Part shown: one piece after another, positions 8,474 through 17,509 of the stretch | How the letters are laid out: every line of letters begins with the position of its first letter | Numbering within the stretch: position 1 is the stretch's first letter | Source: a virus | Lineage: Duplodnaviria; Heunggongvirae; Uroviricota; Caudoviricetes | Reading direction: 5' to 3' (one strand) | Length of the DNA stretch: 64,000 nt | IMG/VR virus record: IMGVR_UViG_3300029705_000019 | Translations under genes and position numbers: made by a program | Notes under the pieces: model-generated | Told to the model about the DNA's origin: nothing | Database searches by the model: none | The model's input: only the letters and a program-made list of their open reading frames with translations

Positions 8474-9061
8474 TTACATATACTTAGATGTGTCTATTTC
8501 TTTTACACAGCACCAATTCTGTGGAGCTCTTGTAATAACTAAATTATTCTCTTCAAGATATGTTGTATATGCTTCATTGCAGAATGATCCTTCACAGCAG
8601 ATAGGTCCGCTTGGAGTTCCAACAGTCGCACGTTCACCACGTTCAGTGGGTATGCAGTATGGACACAAATCATCCATCATTTCATCAAATTCTTTTGCAG
8701 AAGGTTTAATAAATTCATGAATGAAAATTGGTTTCTTGTAAATCTTAAGATTGCTGATCTTCATTTCAGTTATATTTTTATTACCCCTGTCACAATAGCT
8801 CCATATATAATCATTTGATACGTTTGCAACTTTGGATAGATGACCTGGTAAACCCATATACATAAGCCACTCAGTCATACTATTACAGATCCATTCATTA
8901 ACGACTTTGTGACGACCAAGTCCTCCTGATTCATAGGTGTAAACTTTGAAGGGTGGTTCTAACTTAGGTGGTTTTGTTCTCAACTCAGAAGTTTTTGTAC
9001 CATCTTCGATATTGCAATTATGAATAGAATTAATTGACATTAGTACACATTTCATTACCAC
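8474..9061 (-). CDS. hypothetical protein, paralog of 7873-8421
   Basis: PPFKVYTYESGG...VVNEWICNS motif. Cys-rich C-terminus (CPYC, CCEGSFC). Confidence 0.55.
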   Translation of the reverse strand: MVMKCVLMSINSIHNCNIEDGTKTSELRTKPPKLEPPFKVYTYESGGLGRHKVVNEWICNSMTEWLMYMGLPGHLSKVANVSNDYIWSYCDRGNKNITEMKISNLKIYKKPIFIHEFIKPSAKEFDEMMDDLCPYCIPTERGERATVGTPSGPICCEGSFCNEAYTTYLEENNLVITRAPQNWCCVKEIDTSKYM

Positions 9062-9420
9062 TCTTCCTCCTCATTAGTTTCTGCTTCAATGTAATTATCT
9101 ATATCCTCATCATTGATAGGTGTGATAAAATATTCACGTTCTTCTTCACACCATTCTTCGATGCCATAACCACGGAAACAGATACGACCGGTGGGTGTAA
9201 AACCATGTTCATTATACATCCACTGATGAAACTCATCATTGAAGTAGTTGTTCGGATCTTCCTCAAAGTAACATGCAGATAACCAATCAGTTTTTCCTTC
9301 ACGAGTTGTTACCTCAATATTCCATCCTCTTACAAGACCTCTAATAAAGCCTCTATCTTCATGATCAACTGCAGTTGCCCAGATAGTGCTTGCAGGAACA
9401 TATTCGTTGAAGTTAAACAT
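9055..9420 (-). CDS. hypothetical acidic protein
   Basis: 121-aa ORF downstream of promoter 9452-9484. Confidence 0.5.
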   Translation of the reverse strand: MFNFNEYVPASTIWATAVDHEDRGFIRGLVRGWNIEVTTREGKTDWLSACYFEEDPNNYFNDEFHQWMYNEHGFTPTGRICFRGYGIEEWCEEEREYFITPINDEDIDNYIEAETNEEEEW

Positions 9421-9451
9421 AGTTGATTCTCCTCAATTATTTATTATGTTA

Positions 9452-9484
9452 ATATTATAATATAACTGTTACGTTTTATCAACT
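9452..9484 (-). promoter_or_regulatory. consensus sigma70-type promoter (-35 TTGATA, N17, -10 TATAAT)
   Basis: Plus-strand TTAATATTATAATAT, then 17 nt, then TATCAACT. Confidence 0.55.
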
Positions 9485-9485
9485 A

Positions 9486-9522
9486 AAAATAAAAAGAATG
9501 CTGTTTGATAAGCATTCTTTTA
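9486..9522. terminator. bidirectional intrinsic-terminator-like hairpin
   Basis: AAGAATGC ... GCATTCTT stem, flanked by A-runs and T-runs. Confidence 0.45.
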
Positions 9523-9801
9523 CATAAAACAATCACGCATTAAATGTTCATACCACAGAGTATCTTGCTCTTTTATTTTTTCAACAAGAATGGGTTCTTC
9601 ATCTGTTTCATATATGCCTCGATGATCAAATAGTTGACTGGATGATAATCCCGCAACAAAGTGACCGATTTTTGGCAAATAGTACATTTTCATTTCAGGA
9701 AATCTTGTTATAAGAATGTATGCAAACCACCAACAGTTTCCATCATGCCATTTACAATCAATTGACCATCTTCTGTTTATAAAATCAATAATTTCGTTCA
9801 T
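9520..9801 (-). CDS. hypothetical protein
   Basis: 93-aa ORF. Confidence 0.5.
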   Translation of the reverse strand: MNEIIDFINRRWSIDCKWHDGNCWWFAYILITRFPEMKMYYLPKIGHFVAGLSSSQLFDHRGIYETDEEPILVEKIKEQDTLWYEHLMRDCFM

Positions 9802-9929
9802 AATACTCTTTTTATTTAAGACAAGGATAAAAATTGCACCACTTTGTTAACTGGGTGATGCAAAGAACCAGTAATAGTTCTCATTCGACTTTGTTCTGAC
9901 CGAAGAAACTAATAAACAACATCTACAGC

Positions 9930-10006
9930 TGGCTGGGATAGCTGGACTCGAACCAGCGAATACAGGAGTCAAAGTCCTGTGCCTTCACCAACTTGGCGAT
10001 ATCCCA
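9930..10006 (-). tRNA. tRNA-Gln(TTG)
   Basis: Acceptor TGGGATA pairs perfectly with TATCCCA, then G and CCA. T-arm is GCTGG-TTCGAGT-CCAGC. Anticodon stem is CAGGA/TCCTG with loop CTTTGAC. Confidence 0.65.
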
Positions 10007-10124
10007 ATATATAAATGCTCAGCGTCCGAAGAACATCGTTACGTACCGACTTGTTTTTTACGGAAATAACAGCACTGGTAATTACTCAGGCCATACAATC
10101 GTAAACATAACAAACTGAGCTGAC

Positions 10125-10201
10125 TGGTACCCGTGAGAGGACTCGAACCTCCAGATTACAGATCCTAAATCTGTCGCCTATGCCAGTTCGGCTACACGGG
10201 C
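10125..10201 (-). tRNA. tRNA with anticodon TAG (Leu-type anticodon, type I length)
   Basis: Acceptor GCCCGTG pairs with CACGGGT, then A and CCA. T-arm is GGAGG-TTCGAGT-CCTCT. Anticodon stem is ACAGA/TCTGT with loop TTTAGGA. Confidence 0.55.
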
Positions 10202-10296
10202 ATAGATAACTGAGCTGTTCAGATACACATTGAACCACTAATACTGTTGCTTAATCAAATAATCTGCTTTGTGGCACTCAGTTAATTATATACAAT

Positions 10297-10656
10297 TTAC
10301 TTAAGACTTTCTTCAAACTTTATGCGAGCATCATTTGCTGCAACAAAATCTTTAAATGCATCATCGTAGTATCTCTGCATCTTTTCCAAATATTCCTTTG
10401 CATTGCCGAGGGCTTTAAGTGCTTCATGATGTCTTTTACGAGCCCTGAGTACTCTCTTTTTGGTAACCTTTTCGTCACACCTGAGCTGTGCAAGCTTTCT
10501 GCCTGTTTCTTCGTTGAATTCGTCACAGCTCGTATCACACTTTGCATAGCCCTTAACAGGCTGACCTGCAAACGAAGATACACAAACAACTTTGTTAGGA
10601 GCAATGTAATACCGATATCTCATTTTTAGTAGACCTCCAAGTCTCTTATTTAACAC
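10297..10656 (-). CDS. hypothetical basic protein
   Basis: 119-aa ORF. GGAGG RBS and promoter 10657-10692 lie immediately upstream. Confidence 0.5.
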   Translation of the reverse strand: MLNKRLGGLLKMRYRYYIAPNKVVCVSSFAGQPVKGYAKCDTSCDEFNEETGRKLAQLRCDEKVTKKRVLRARKRHHEALKALGNAKEYLEKMQRYYDDAFKDFVAANDARIKFEESLK

Positions 10657-10692
10657 ATATATTATAATATGAACTTAATCATTGATCAACTT
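10657..10692 (-). promoter_or_regulatory. consensus sigma70-type promoter (-35 TTGATC, N17, -10 TATAAT)
   Basis: Plus-strand CACATATATTATAATAT, then 17 nt, then GATCAACT. Confidence 0.6.
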
Positions 10693-10993
10693 GTTCTTGA
10701 TTAAAATAATTTCCAAAATTTGGATTCTTATCAAGATCAAGCGTATTAACTTCAAACGGAGTTCCATGTTGACTGATGAATGGACCAAACAGTTGCATTA
10801 CTTCCCACAACGCACTTTCAAAGTATCCATCAGCATCAACACGATTTTTTAATTCAGTATATACCTGAGGATGTTCTTCTTTGAAATTTTCAGGCAACTT
10901 ACTCAGGTACGCATTCCAAATTTGTTTACCTGCCTCATTTAATTTTACACGACATAATACTTCAAGGTTCACAATCATTATCGTTATCTTCAT
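10679..10993 (-). CDS. hypothetical protein (start uncertain)
   Basis: The ORF-track ORF is 10679-11053 and overlaps the upstream gene. Internal Mets at 10993 and 10978 are preceded by GAGG. Confidence 0.4.
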   Translation of the reverse strand: MKITIMIVNLEVLCRVKLNEAGKQIWNAYLSKLPENFKEEHPQVYTELKNRVDADGYFESALWEVMQLFGPFISQHGTPFEVNTLDLDKNPNFGNYFNQEQVDQ

Positions 10994-11456
10994 CCTCTCT
11001 ATTTTCTGTAAAATTGAACCAACAATCATGTTTTGTAGTTCTATAATCCTCAATTACCTGACAAAGATTCATTGGAGTGAGTACATCATGCTTGCACATG
11101 TTACCACTCTTTAGTTTATACTTATAGATACCTTTAAGGACAGCCTCATTTCTACCGCATTCCCCAATGCAAATAAAGTGATATATCAGTTCATTTATAG
11201 TTTCGTACTGTGACCGTATAATTTCAAATTCTTTAGCTTCCTCATCATTATCAGCAATTCTTGATTTATTGATAACTTCAACTTCATCCTCAGTAAAAAA
11301 CATCAGAACAAGCGCGTTAATTGTTTTTTCAAATACTTGAGACATCCAGTTATCATCGATATATACCTGAAGAGCATTTTCAAACTTTGTTAAGCCTACT
11401 TCATACTTATCAAGCATTTCAATGAGTTCCGTAACCACATGGATATTTGGTGTCAT
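10962..11456 (-). CDS. hypothetical protein with acidic C-terminal tail
   Basis: 164-aa ORF. Confidence 0.5.
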   Translation of the reverse strand: MTPNIHVVTELIEMLDKYEVGLTKFENALQVYIDDNWMSQVFEKTINALVLMFFTEDEVEVINKSRIADNDEEAKEFEIIRSQYETINELIYHFICIGECGRNEAVLKGIYKYKLKSGNMCKHDVLTPMNLCQVIEDYRTTKHDCWFNFTENREDEDNDNDCEP

Positions 11457-11935
11457 TCTTTACCTCCAAGAATCTTAACAGCTTCACTTACATGACTCAA
11501 TTTGAGACCACCATCATAGAAAGATGTTTTAACAACATGTGGCATTAGGTTATATTCTGCATAGTCAAACAACTCATCATCAAGTATACAAAATTTATCA
11601 ACCCACGGATGTTCATCAAGCCAATCAACAATTCCAGCCCCACGATTAGATCCGTTGTCTGTGGTTTTATCGAGAATATCAATGTCAGCACGATAGAACG
11701 TCGCTGCAAGATACTGACCGTCCTCATTTAGATCTTCAAACTTTGTGTCAGGGTTCCAATCTAGTTTCCATGTACTTGTTAGTACAACTTTAGAATGAGT
11801 TGCATTAACAATTGCCCTTAGAAGAACAAGTTTGTTTTCTTCGATACCGTACATACCATGAATTTTTGTTTTACACTTACTATAATTTAGTACGCCGTCA
11901 ATGTCAAGAAATATTACTTTCATTATGTTCCTCAA
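11453..11935 (-). CDS. HAD-superfamily phosphatase-like protein
   Basis: N-terminal VIFLDIDGVLN matches the HAD motif I (DxDG[TV]). Confidence 0.5.
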   Translation of the reverse strand: MRNIMKVIFLDIDGVLNYSKCKTKIHGMYGIEENKLVLLRAIVNATHSKVVLTSTWKLDWNPDTKFEDLNEDGQYLAATFYRADIDILDKTTDNGSNRGAGIVDWLDEHPWVDKFCILDDELFDYAEYNLMPHVVKTSFYDGGLKLSHVSEAVKILGGKE

Positions 11936-12275
11936 AATAGAATTTTATTTTTCTCGGGTGTTCTTCAATTAGATTGTATTGAATACCAACTTTATAGATA
12001 TAGTTATCTCTCATCAACTTCATTGGTATTTCCTCAATATAACGACGAAAAGTTTCTAGAGAATGAGCACGTTTGTAATGGTTACACCTGCGACAGGATG
12101 GCATCATATTTTCAATTGATTGTATCTGATCTTCTGCATAATATTTTGTATATCTGGCATTACGTTGAGGTATCAAATGGTCGACCTGCATATCTTTATA
12201 TTCGATTTCTTTACCACAATATGCACAATGACCGTTATATTTTGCGTAGATCTGTTCACGCTCTTTCCTGGTCAT
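11904..12275 (-). CDS. HNH endonuclease (free-standing, homing-endonuclease-like)
   Basis: CAYCGK...VDHLIPQRN...CRRCNHYK is an HNH motif with flanking Cys pairs. Confidence 0.6.
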   Translation of the reverse strand: MTRKEREQIYAKYNGHCAYCGKEIEYKDMQVDHLIPQRNARYTKYYAEDQIQSIENMMPSCRRCNHYKRAHSLETFRRYIEEIPMKLMRDNYIYKVGIQYNLIEEHPRKIKFYFEEHNESNIS

Positions 12276-13176
12276 TCTTTTTCTTCTCCTCTTTCACAAT
12301 GCTGAACATATCTACGATGTTGTCCATCAGTGGAAATCTTTTTTCTGCTGTAGAACTTACACCAAATTCCTCATTTACAAGATCCACATAGAAGGTCATT
12401 GTTCCATCATCACCCATGTAAAATTCGTTCCACTCTTCTTCAGACATTAGTCTCTTTACATTGAGCTGTTCAATTGCAAGGTTATCAAAACTAATTGTAT
12501 TGAACCACTCCTTTTCAATCATTTCCGGCAACAGATCATACATATACTGAATCAGAAAATCAATATTAGAGCTATTCATGTCATAATGATCAATACCACG
12601 TCTAAAATACTTGTAACCAAGAATAAGAATTTTCAAATTATGATTCTTAAGACGATTAATAATTGATTCAGATGCACAACCAGCAATAAGATGAACAACA
12701 GCAGTCGGAAATTCCTGAAGTGCTTCAATGAGCTCATCTGTTACATGACTTACAGAAACACCAATACCATAGATAAGTTTATTGTCCCGAAGCTTACGGA
12801 AAAAGTCAAGTGACTTCAAAAAGTGATACTGATGAACAGTCATGCTCGGGATGAGCTTTAGCTCTTTACACCGATACAGAAATTCTTCGAGATCAGGGTG
12901 TTCAAGAGGATTACCTCCGCCAATAGCAATTTCAGTGTATGGGTGCATTGATTCAAAGAACTTTGCGTTCATGATATCCGCATGTTTTCCGTTAGGTACA
13001 CTATTCTCATGACACATTACACAGCCGCGGTCGCACGAGTTGGTTATTTTACAATCGATGCTTTCTGGAGACTCCGCCTCAAAGAAATCAAGATTGTTCT
13101 TGCGAATCTTTGTTCCATTATCAAGATCAATGAAACAAGTATAATTACCATTCTTGTAAGATACAAAATTACTCAT
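12256..13176 (-). CDS. radical SAM domain protein
   Basis: CDRGCVMC is a CxxxCxxC motif. It is followed by a glycine-rich AIGGGNPLEHPD stretch. Confidence 0.5.
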   Translation of the reverse strand: MSNFVSYKNGNYTCFIDLDNGTKIRKNNLDFFEAESPESIDCKITNSCDRGCVMCHENSVPNGKHADIMNAKFFESMHPYTEIAIGGGNPLEHPDLEEFLYRCKELKLIPSMTVHQYHFLKSLDFFRKLRDNKLIYGIGVSVSHVTDELIEALQEFPTAVVHLIAGCASESIINRLKNHNLKILILGYKYFRRGIDHYDMNSSNIDFLIQYMYDLLPEMIEKEWFNTISFDNLAIEQLNVKRLMSEEEWNEFYMGDDGTMTFYVDLVNEEFGVSSTAEKRFPLMDNIVDMFSIVKEEKKKNDQERA

Positions 13177-13180
13177 CTAC

Positions 13181-13546
13181 TTAATCCTCCGAATTATCGA
13201 AAAAATCAACTTCACCAAGAGATACCCAACCTACCATGTCGCAGTAGTACGCTTTATTGTCAATCACAACAACATCGCTCATACTTAAGCTATGACCACG
13301 GAAGTCAGCCGGCTGTGTTTCATAAACGTTGAACACATTAAATAATCCTTCAAGAATATCTTCATGAGGATTTGCTACAGAATAAGCTGTAATATGATCA
13401 TGCTGCCATACTTTCTTATAATCGCGAGGATTAAACAGCTTCTCATTGTACGGTCTAAATGCATAATCAACACACTCACTGTTTTCAATCTGATAAATAG
13501 CAACCTTCTTACCAACATTATCGAGAACATTATTGAGCTTTGACAT
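13181..13546 (-). CDS. hypothetical protein
   Basis: 121-aa ORF downstream of promoter 13580-13615. Confidence 0.5.
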   Translation of the reverse strand: MSKLNNVLDNVGKKVAIYQIENSECVDYAFRPYNEKLFNPRDYKKVWQHDHITAYSVANPHEDILEGLFNVFNVYETQPADFRGHSLSMSDVVVIDNKAYYCDMVGWVSLGEVDFFDNSED

Positions 13547-13579
13547 GACACTGATTCCTCCACTGGTTTTATTTTACAT

Positions 13580-13615
13580 ATATATTATAATAAAAAACAG
13601 CAGTTTAATCAACTT
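13580..13615 (-). promoter_or_regulatory. consensus sigma70-type promoter (-35 TTGATT, N17, -10 TATAAT)
   Basis: Plus-strand CATATATATTATAATAA, then 17 nt, then AATCAACT. Overlaps a hairpin. Confidence 0.55.
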
Positions 13616-13636
13616 AAACTGCTGTTTATTTTTTAC
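13592..13636. terminator. bidirectional terminator-like hairpin
   Basis: CAGCAGTTT ... AAACTGCTG stem flanked by an A6 and a T-run. Closes the operon 17409-13650. Confidence 0.45.
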
Positions 13637-13649
13637 TGTTAGATAATAT

Positions 13650-14192
13650 TCACTCAAGTTTGAAAAGCTGTGTTCGTAACAAGAAGTCAACCTGTGTTTG
13701 AAGAACCTCCATTGTGGTGTTTACAAAAACACCATCAAATTCATAATTATCAAGCGCTGTTTCAGATGGATGTTTTAACTGTTCCTCTGTAAGATCACTC
13801 GTAAAATTCGGTCTTTCAACTCTTAAACTGTAAACTGAATCTGGGAATTCGTTTTTGATATATTCAATCTCGTTAGGAAAACGACAATCAGGAATGATAA
13901 CTACATCCCAGTGGTTTTGAAAGAATTTCAAAATTCCTGCAATGAATCTTACCCAGTAGTCAGGCTCAGCAGATCTGATAATGTCTGTTCCAACATACTG
14001 TAGCAATGTTCTTCCAGTTTCATCTTTTTCGCCATTCCAATTAAAGAATGTTCTACAGATATATTTAACAAGATCTCCGTAGTGAGTAACGAGTACCTTT
14101 TTGCCTTGAGACTCGAGTTTTGTTTTTAACATTTCTGCGGTAGTATCTTTACCGTGTCTCGCTTTACCTGAAATACAAATAATGTTCATCAA
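13650..14192 (-). CDS. deoxynucleoside monophosphate kinase (T4 gp1-like)
   Basis: N-terminal ICISGKARHGKDT matches the phage dNMP kinase P-loop (GxxxxGKDT). Confidence 0.6.
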   Translation of the reverse strand: MMNIICISGKARHGKDTTAEMLKTKLESQGKKVLVTHYGDLVKYICRTFFNWNGEKDETGRTLLQYVGTDIIRSAEPDYWVRFIAGILKFFQNHWDVVIIPDCRFPNEIEYIKNEFPDSVYSLRVERPNFTSDLTEEQLKHPSETALDNYEFDGVFVNTTMEVLQTQVDFLLRTQLFKLE

Positions 14193-14548
14193 CGTGACTC
14201 TCCATAATATCCGAAAGTGACAACTGTTTCACCGCTGTCAGTTACGAACTCCTCATAGAACTCTTCAAATTCACCACTAAAGTTTGATTCAGTGTAGAAG
14301 TCATAGTCTTCAATGAAGTTTTCAAATTTGTAACTTTCATTTTTACGGAGCTCAAGAACTGTTGCACGATCTTCTTCATCAATTTCAGCGAGCATTTCTT
14401 CAAACGTATACCATGGCTTCTTGCTTGAATACTTTTTAAAGAATAACTCACCGTTACTGAATTTTTTGTAAGTTTCTTTTGAGCACATGGTTATACTATG
14501 TACTGAGCTTGAATTTGTTTCAAAAACATTACGTCTAACTTGAATCAT
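14189..14548 (-). CDS. tandem paralog family member 1 (MIxxRxNxFETNSSSxHS N-terminus)
   Basis: MIQVRRNVFETNSSSVHSI. The C-terminus ends GETVVTFGYYGESR. Confidence 0.6.
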   Translation of the reverse strand: MIQVRRNVFETNSSSVHSITMCSKETYKKFSNGELFFKKYSSKKPWYTFEEMLAEIDEEDRATVLELRKNESYKFENFIEDYDFYTESNFSGEFEEFYEEFVTDSGETVVTFGYYGESR

Positions 14549-14573
14549 TTATATATCTCCTTAATTGAAATTT

Positions 14574-15011
14574 TTATCCATCGTATCCACCTTTACCAAA
14601 CGAAACTACTGTGTCACCATGTTCAGTTGTATGGTATTTTTCTGAATATTCACAACCTTGTTTGTAGTAATTTCTATAGTAATCATATGTGAGACCTTTT
14701 TCCATGAGAATATCGTCTTTATGAAGTGTTACATAAGTATCTATATGTTTCTGTTTGAGTATATCACTGAGATCATCCCACGGTATTTTATATGGATCAT
14801 TTTTCATATACACGTTCTTATACTGATCAACAGCCTGTACAATAAGATCCTCTTCGACCTCTTTGGTAAATGGATCGATGAATTCTTCAGTATCTACATC
14901 AAACGCAAGTAGTCCAGCTTTCCATTTATCAAATGTTTCCTTTGAACAGATAACAATTGAGTGTGTTGAAGAGCTATTAGTTTCAAATGTATTCTGTCTT
15001 ACTTGAATCAT
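14574..15011 (-). CDS. tandem paralog family member 2
   Basis: MIQVRQNTFETNSSSTHSI. The C-terminus ends GDTVVSFGKGGYDG. Confidence 0.6.
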   Translation of the reverse strand: MIQVRQNTFETNSSSTHSIVICSKETFDKWKAGLLAFDVDTEEFIDPFTKEVEEDLIVQAVDQYKNVYMKNDPYKIPWDDLSDILKQKHIDTYVTLHKDDILMEKGLTYDYYRNYYKQGCEYSEKYHTTEHGDTVVSFGKGGYDG

Positions 15012-15294
15012 TTTTAATCTCCTTTACAATAGTGGAATCAAAGATAATAATAGGTCTAACTTTTTCTTCAATGTAAGGTAGTGCTCTGATTGTATTATAA
15101 TCAATATACTGAATGGCTTCTTCCTCTGTTAAGGCTGTCTCTTCTGTTAACTCTTTTACCATCAAGTCATAGTCATATATGACTCTGCCATCGTCAGATA
15201 AACCTACAATAGAATTGTCATAACTTGGAACATTGAAAACAAAAGCTTCTTTATGTTCTTCGGCAATATAGTCTCTTAATTCATTATTAATCAT
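14983..15294 (-). CDS. hypothetical acidic protein (start trimmed)
   Basis: The ORF-track ORF 14983-15528 overlaps family member 3 out of frame. The ATG at 15294 lies directly after that gene's stop and has GGAGCGG upstream. Confidence 0.45.
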   Translation of the reverse strand: MINNELRDYIAEEHKEAFVFNVPSYDNSIVGLSDDGRVIYDYDLMVKELTEETALTEEEAIQYIDYNTIRALPYIEEKVRPIIIFDSTIVKEIKNDSSKTEYI

Positions 15295-15295
15295 A

Positions 15296-15790
15296 TCAAC
15301 CGCTCCAACAACAGTAAAATTTTCTATTTTTCTTAACATCATAATGAGTAAAGTCATAAAAATCCTCATTATCTCTGTTTCCAAAATATACAGTCCCATT
15401 GAGCATGAAATCACGCAGCTCATCATCTGTAAAGGACAAATCCTCTGTATAATATTCAGCATCCTCAAAGATGTATGGATGAGGACCATAACTACCTTCA
15501 CTTCTGAAGTCACGAATAAACAATGCATTAGGAAACAATTTTGATAACTGTTGCATTAAAGAAGTATGATACTCTTCTCCTTGATAATAAATCGTCAAAA
15601 AGTAACGAAGCTTGTCCTCAATGGAAGTATACTCTGCTTTATAAATTGATTCAGTAAAAGGATAAACAATATATTGTTTGTTAAATACATCCTCTGTACT
15701 AGTGTCCTGTTCAGAATGTTCAGCTTTGATAACAAGACAATGAGTTGAACTTGAGTTTGTTTCAAAACAGTTGCTTCTGATCTTAACCAT
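15296..15790 (-). CDS. tandem paralog family member 3
   Basis: MVKIRSNCFETNSSSTHCLVI. The start overlaps the stop of the upstream gene (TATGGTTAA). Confidence 0.6.
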   Translation of the reverse strand: MVKIRSNCFETNSSSTHCLVIKAEHSEQDTSTEDVFNKQYIVYPFTESIYKAEYTSIEDKLRYFLTIYYQGEEYHTSLMQQLSKLFPNALFIRDFRSEGSYGPHPYIFEDAEYYTEDLSFTDDELRDFMLNGTVYFGNRDNEDFYDFTHYDVKKNRKFYCCWSG

Positions 15791-16373
15791 AGATGTACTC
15801 CTTTGTACCCTTTGGAAGTTTAACAAGTTTCTGTTCCTTTAATCTACCCCAGACGCAATACTCGTCACCGTCACAAATAACAATAATGTTCTTATTGAAC
15901 AGATATTCATACCAACTTATTCCTGCCTTCTTAAGTGCTCCTGTAAATTCATGAGCTTCAGAGGAAGGCATTCCTTTATAGTCTCCTCTACAGTCTGACC
16001 AATCTACAGTTTTAAGCCAGGGCAATTCCTTCTTGAGGAAGTTTGTAACTTTATAATACTCTGTTGTCCAACGATCATAACCGTCTTTTGTCTTCTGTTT
16101 AAGATGACGAACAGGAGCATGAGCATAAAGGTACCACAATTTTGAATCAAAGTCATCAAGAACCTGGAATGGCCAACGGTTAAACCCATCCTGAAACCAG
16201 TAGTGTCTAGGTTCAAGAATATATTTACCAGGCTCATCTTTACATTCATGTAACTTCCACTTGAAACGTTCATAAATTTCTTCGGGAGTATAATAGTCAA
16301 ACCCAGGTTTTACAACAAGACTGTGTGAGCTACTGCTGTTGGTTTCAAAACAATTTTCTCTAAATTGAATCAT
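15783..16373 (-). CDS. tandem paralog family member 4
   Basis: MIQFRENCFETNSSSSHSLVV. Confidence 0.6.
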   Translation of the reverse strand: MIQFRENCFETNSSSSHSLVVKPGFDYYTPEEIYERFKWKLHECKDEPGKYILEPRHYWFQDGFNRWPFQVLDDFDSKLWYLYAHAPVRHLKQKTKDGYDRWTTEYYKVTNFLKKELPWLKTVDWSDCRGDYKGMPSSEAHEFTGALKKAGISWYEYLFNKNIIVICDGDEYCVWGRLKEQKLVKLPKGTKEYIYG

Positions 16374-16387
16374 TTTATCACCTCTAT

Positions 16388-16885
16388 TTAACCATCATAA
16401 TAGTAATGTAATGACATTTCACTAAATATAAATTCAACTGGATCATATTCAGCATAAGTATAAAATTCATCGATAGCATCATAGCTATCATCAATATATC
16501 CCCACCCATAGTTTTCATCAAACCTAATACCCTGACATCCATTGCCAAGATGCGCTATAACAGCATTTTGAATATTTGTAAATTCTTCAGTGTCATATAA
16601 TTGAGAAAGAGCATCTTTAAACTCTGCCGAATTACCACAATGATTTAGACATATTTCATTCTTTGCAGCAATTGTTTGCAAAACATAAGTTAATTTTTCA
16701 CGTTGTGAGTAATATGCATCAGTGCTACAAAAACCCATTACTTCAAGTGTAATATAACCTTCATCATCTAAAACTAAATTTGATGGTTCATAGTTTAATT
16801 GTCGTAAAAAATTAGAGGGTGTTATGCTTATGGAATGTGATGAGCTGCTGTTTGTTTCAAAACAATTATTTCTAATCTGAATCAT
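16388..16885 (-). CDS. tandem paralog family member 5
   Basis: MIQIRNNCFETNSSSSHSISI. The start is trimmed from the ORF-track Met at 16900 to match the family N-terminus. Confidence 0.55.
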   Translation of the reverse strand: MIQIRNNCFETNSSSSHSISITPSNFLRQLNYEPSNLVLDDEGYITLEVMGFCSTDAYYSQREKLTYVLQTIAAKNEICLNHCGNSAEFKDALSQLYDTEEFTNIQNAVIAHLGNGCQGIRFDENYGWGYIDDSYDAIDEFYTYAEYDPVEFIFSEMSLHYYYDG

Positions 16886-16896
16886 ATCGTTATCTC

Positions 16897-17409
16897 TCAA
16901 CCGTTGTGTTCAAAATGAATGTATGTATCAGCGCCATAAACAAGAGCAAGATATCCTCCATAAGGAATATCCCAATTCTTTAACTCCTCAATATTATAGC
17001 ACACTGAGTCGTGGTCGATGTATCCCTCAGTGTCATCACGAAGTCGAATGTGCTTACATCCCGCGTGGTCACAAATGATGTCTTCAAGCTCCTTGAACTC
17101 TTCAGACTCATATAATTTTTCTCTTGCATCTTCTATTTCTTCTTTTGATCCGTAAAAGCCATTTGCGCTCTCTAAATTCAAAATATACGCGATCTGCATA
17201 ATTATGTAAGCTAATTTTTCCATCTGAGTTTCATGATTTTCCCAACCACAAAAACCGTTGAGCTCAACCATCATAGTGGGTTCTCCGTCACAGATATCAT
17301 AATCTTCCTCAATAGGAATTTCATTTGCAACAAGACTATCATTTTTTATAGTAATGCTATGAGAAGAGCTGCTATTAGTTTCAAAGACGTTACGTCTTAC
17401 CTTTATCAT
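16897..17409 (-). CDS. tandem paralog family member 6
   Basis: MIKVRRNVFETNSSSSHSITI. Shares GFCxxxxxxxQxEKL[TA]Y with member 5. Confidence 0.6.
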   Translation of the reverse strand: MIKVRRNVFETNSSSSHSITIKNDSLVANEIPIEEDYDICDGEPTMMVELNGFCGWENHETQMEKLAYIIMQIAYILNLESANGFYGSKEEIEDAREKLYESEEFKELEDIICDHAGCKHIRLRDDTEGYIDHDSVCYNIEELKNWDIPYGGYLALVYGADTYIHFEHNG

Positions 17410-17509
17410 AATTTACCTCCATTTTTATTTAATTGCACAACTTATTACAATGTGTTGTGCAATTAGTTACAATATATCTTATACATATTATAGTTTCACT
17501 ATTAATATT

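Noticed and set aside
14242-16300. Internal same-strand alternative-frame ORFs (14242-14451, 16004-16300, 11545-11727, 19772-19966, 21713-21937, 24577-24846, 26834-27097, 32057-32323, 33943-34131)
   Set aside because: They are fully nested inside longer ORFs that have recognisable motifs or better coding character. Typical shadow ORFs of AT-rich DNA.
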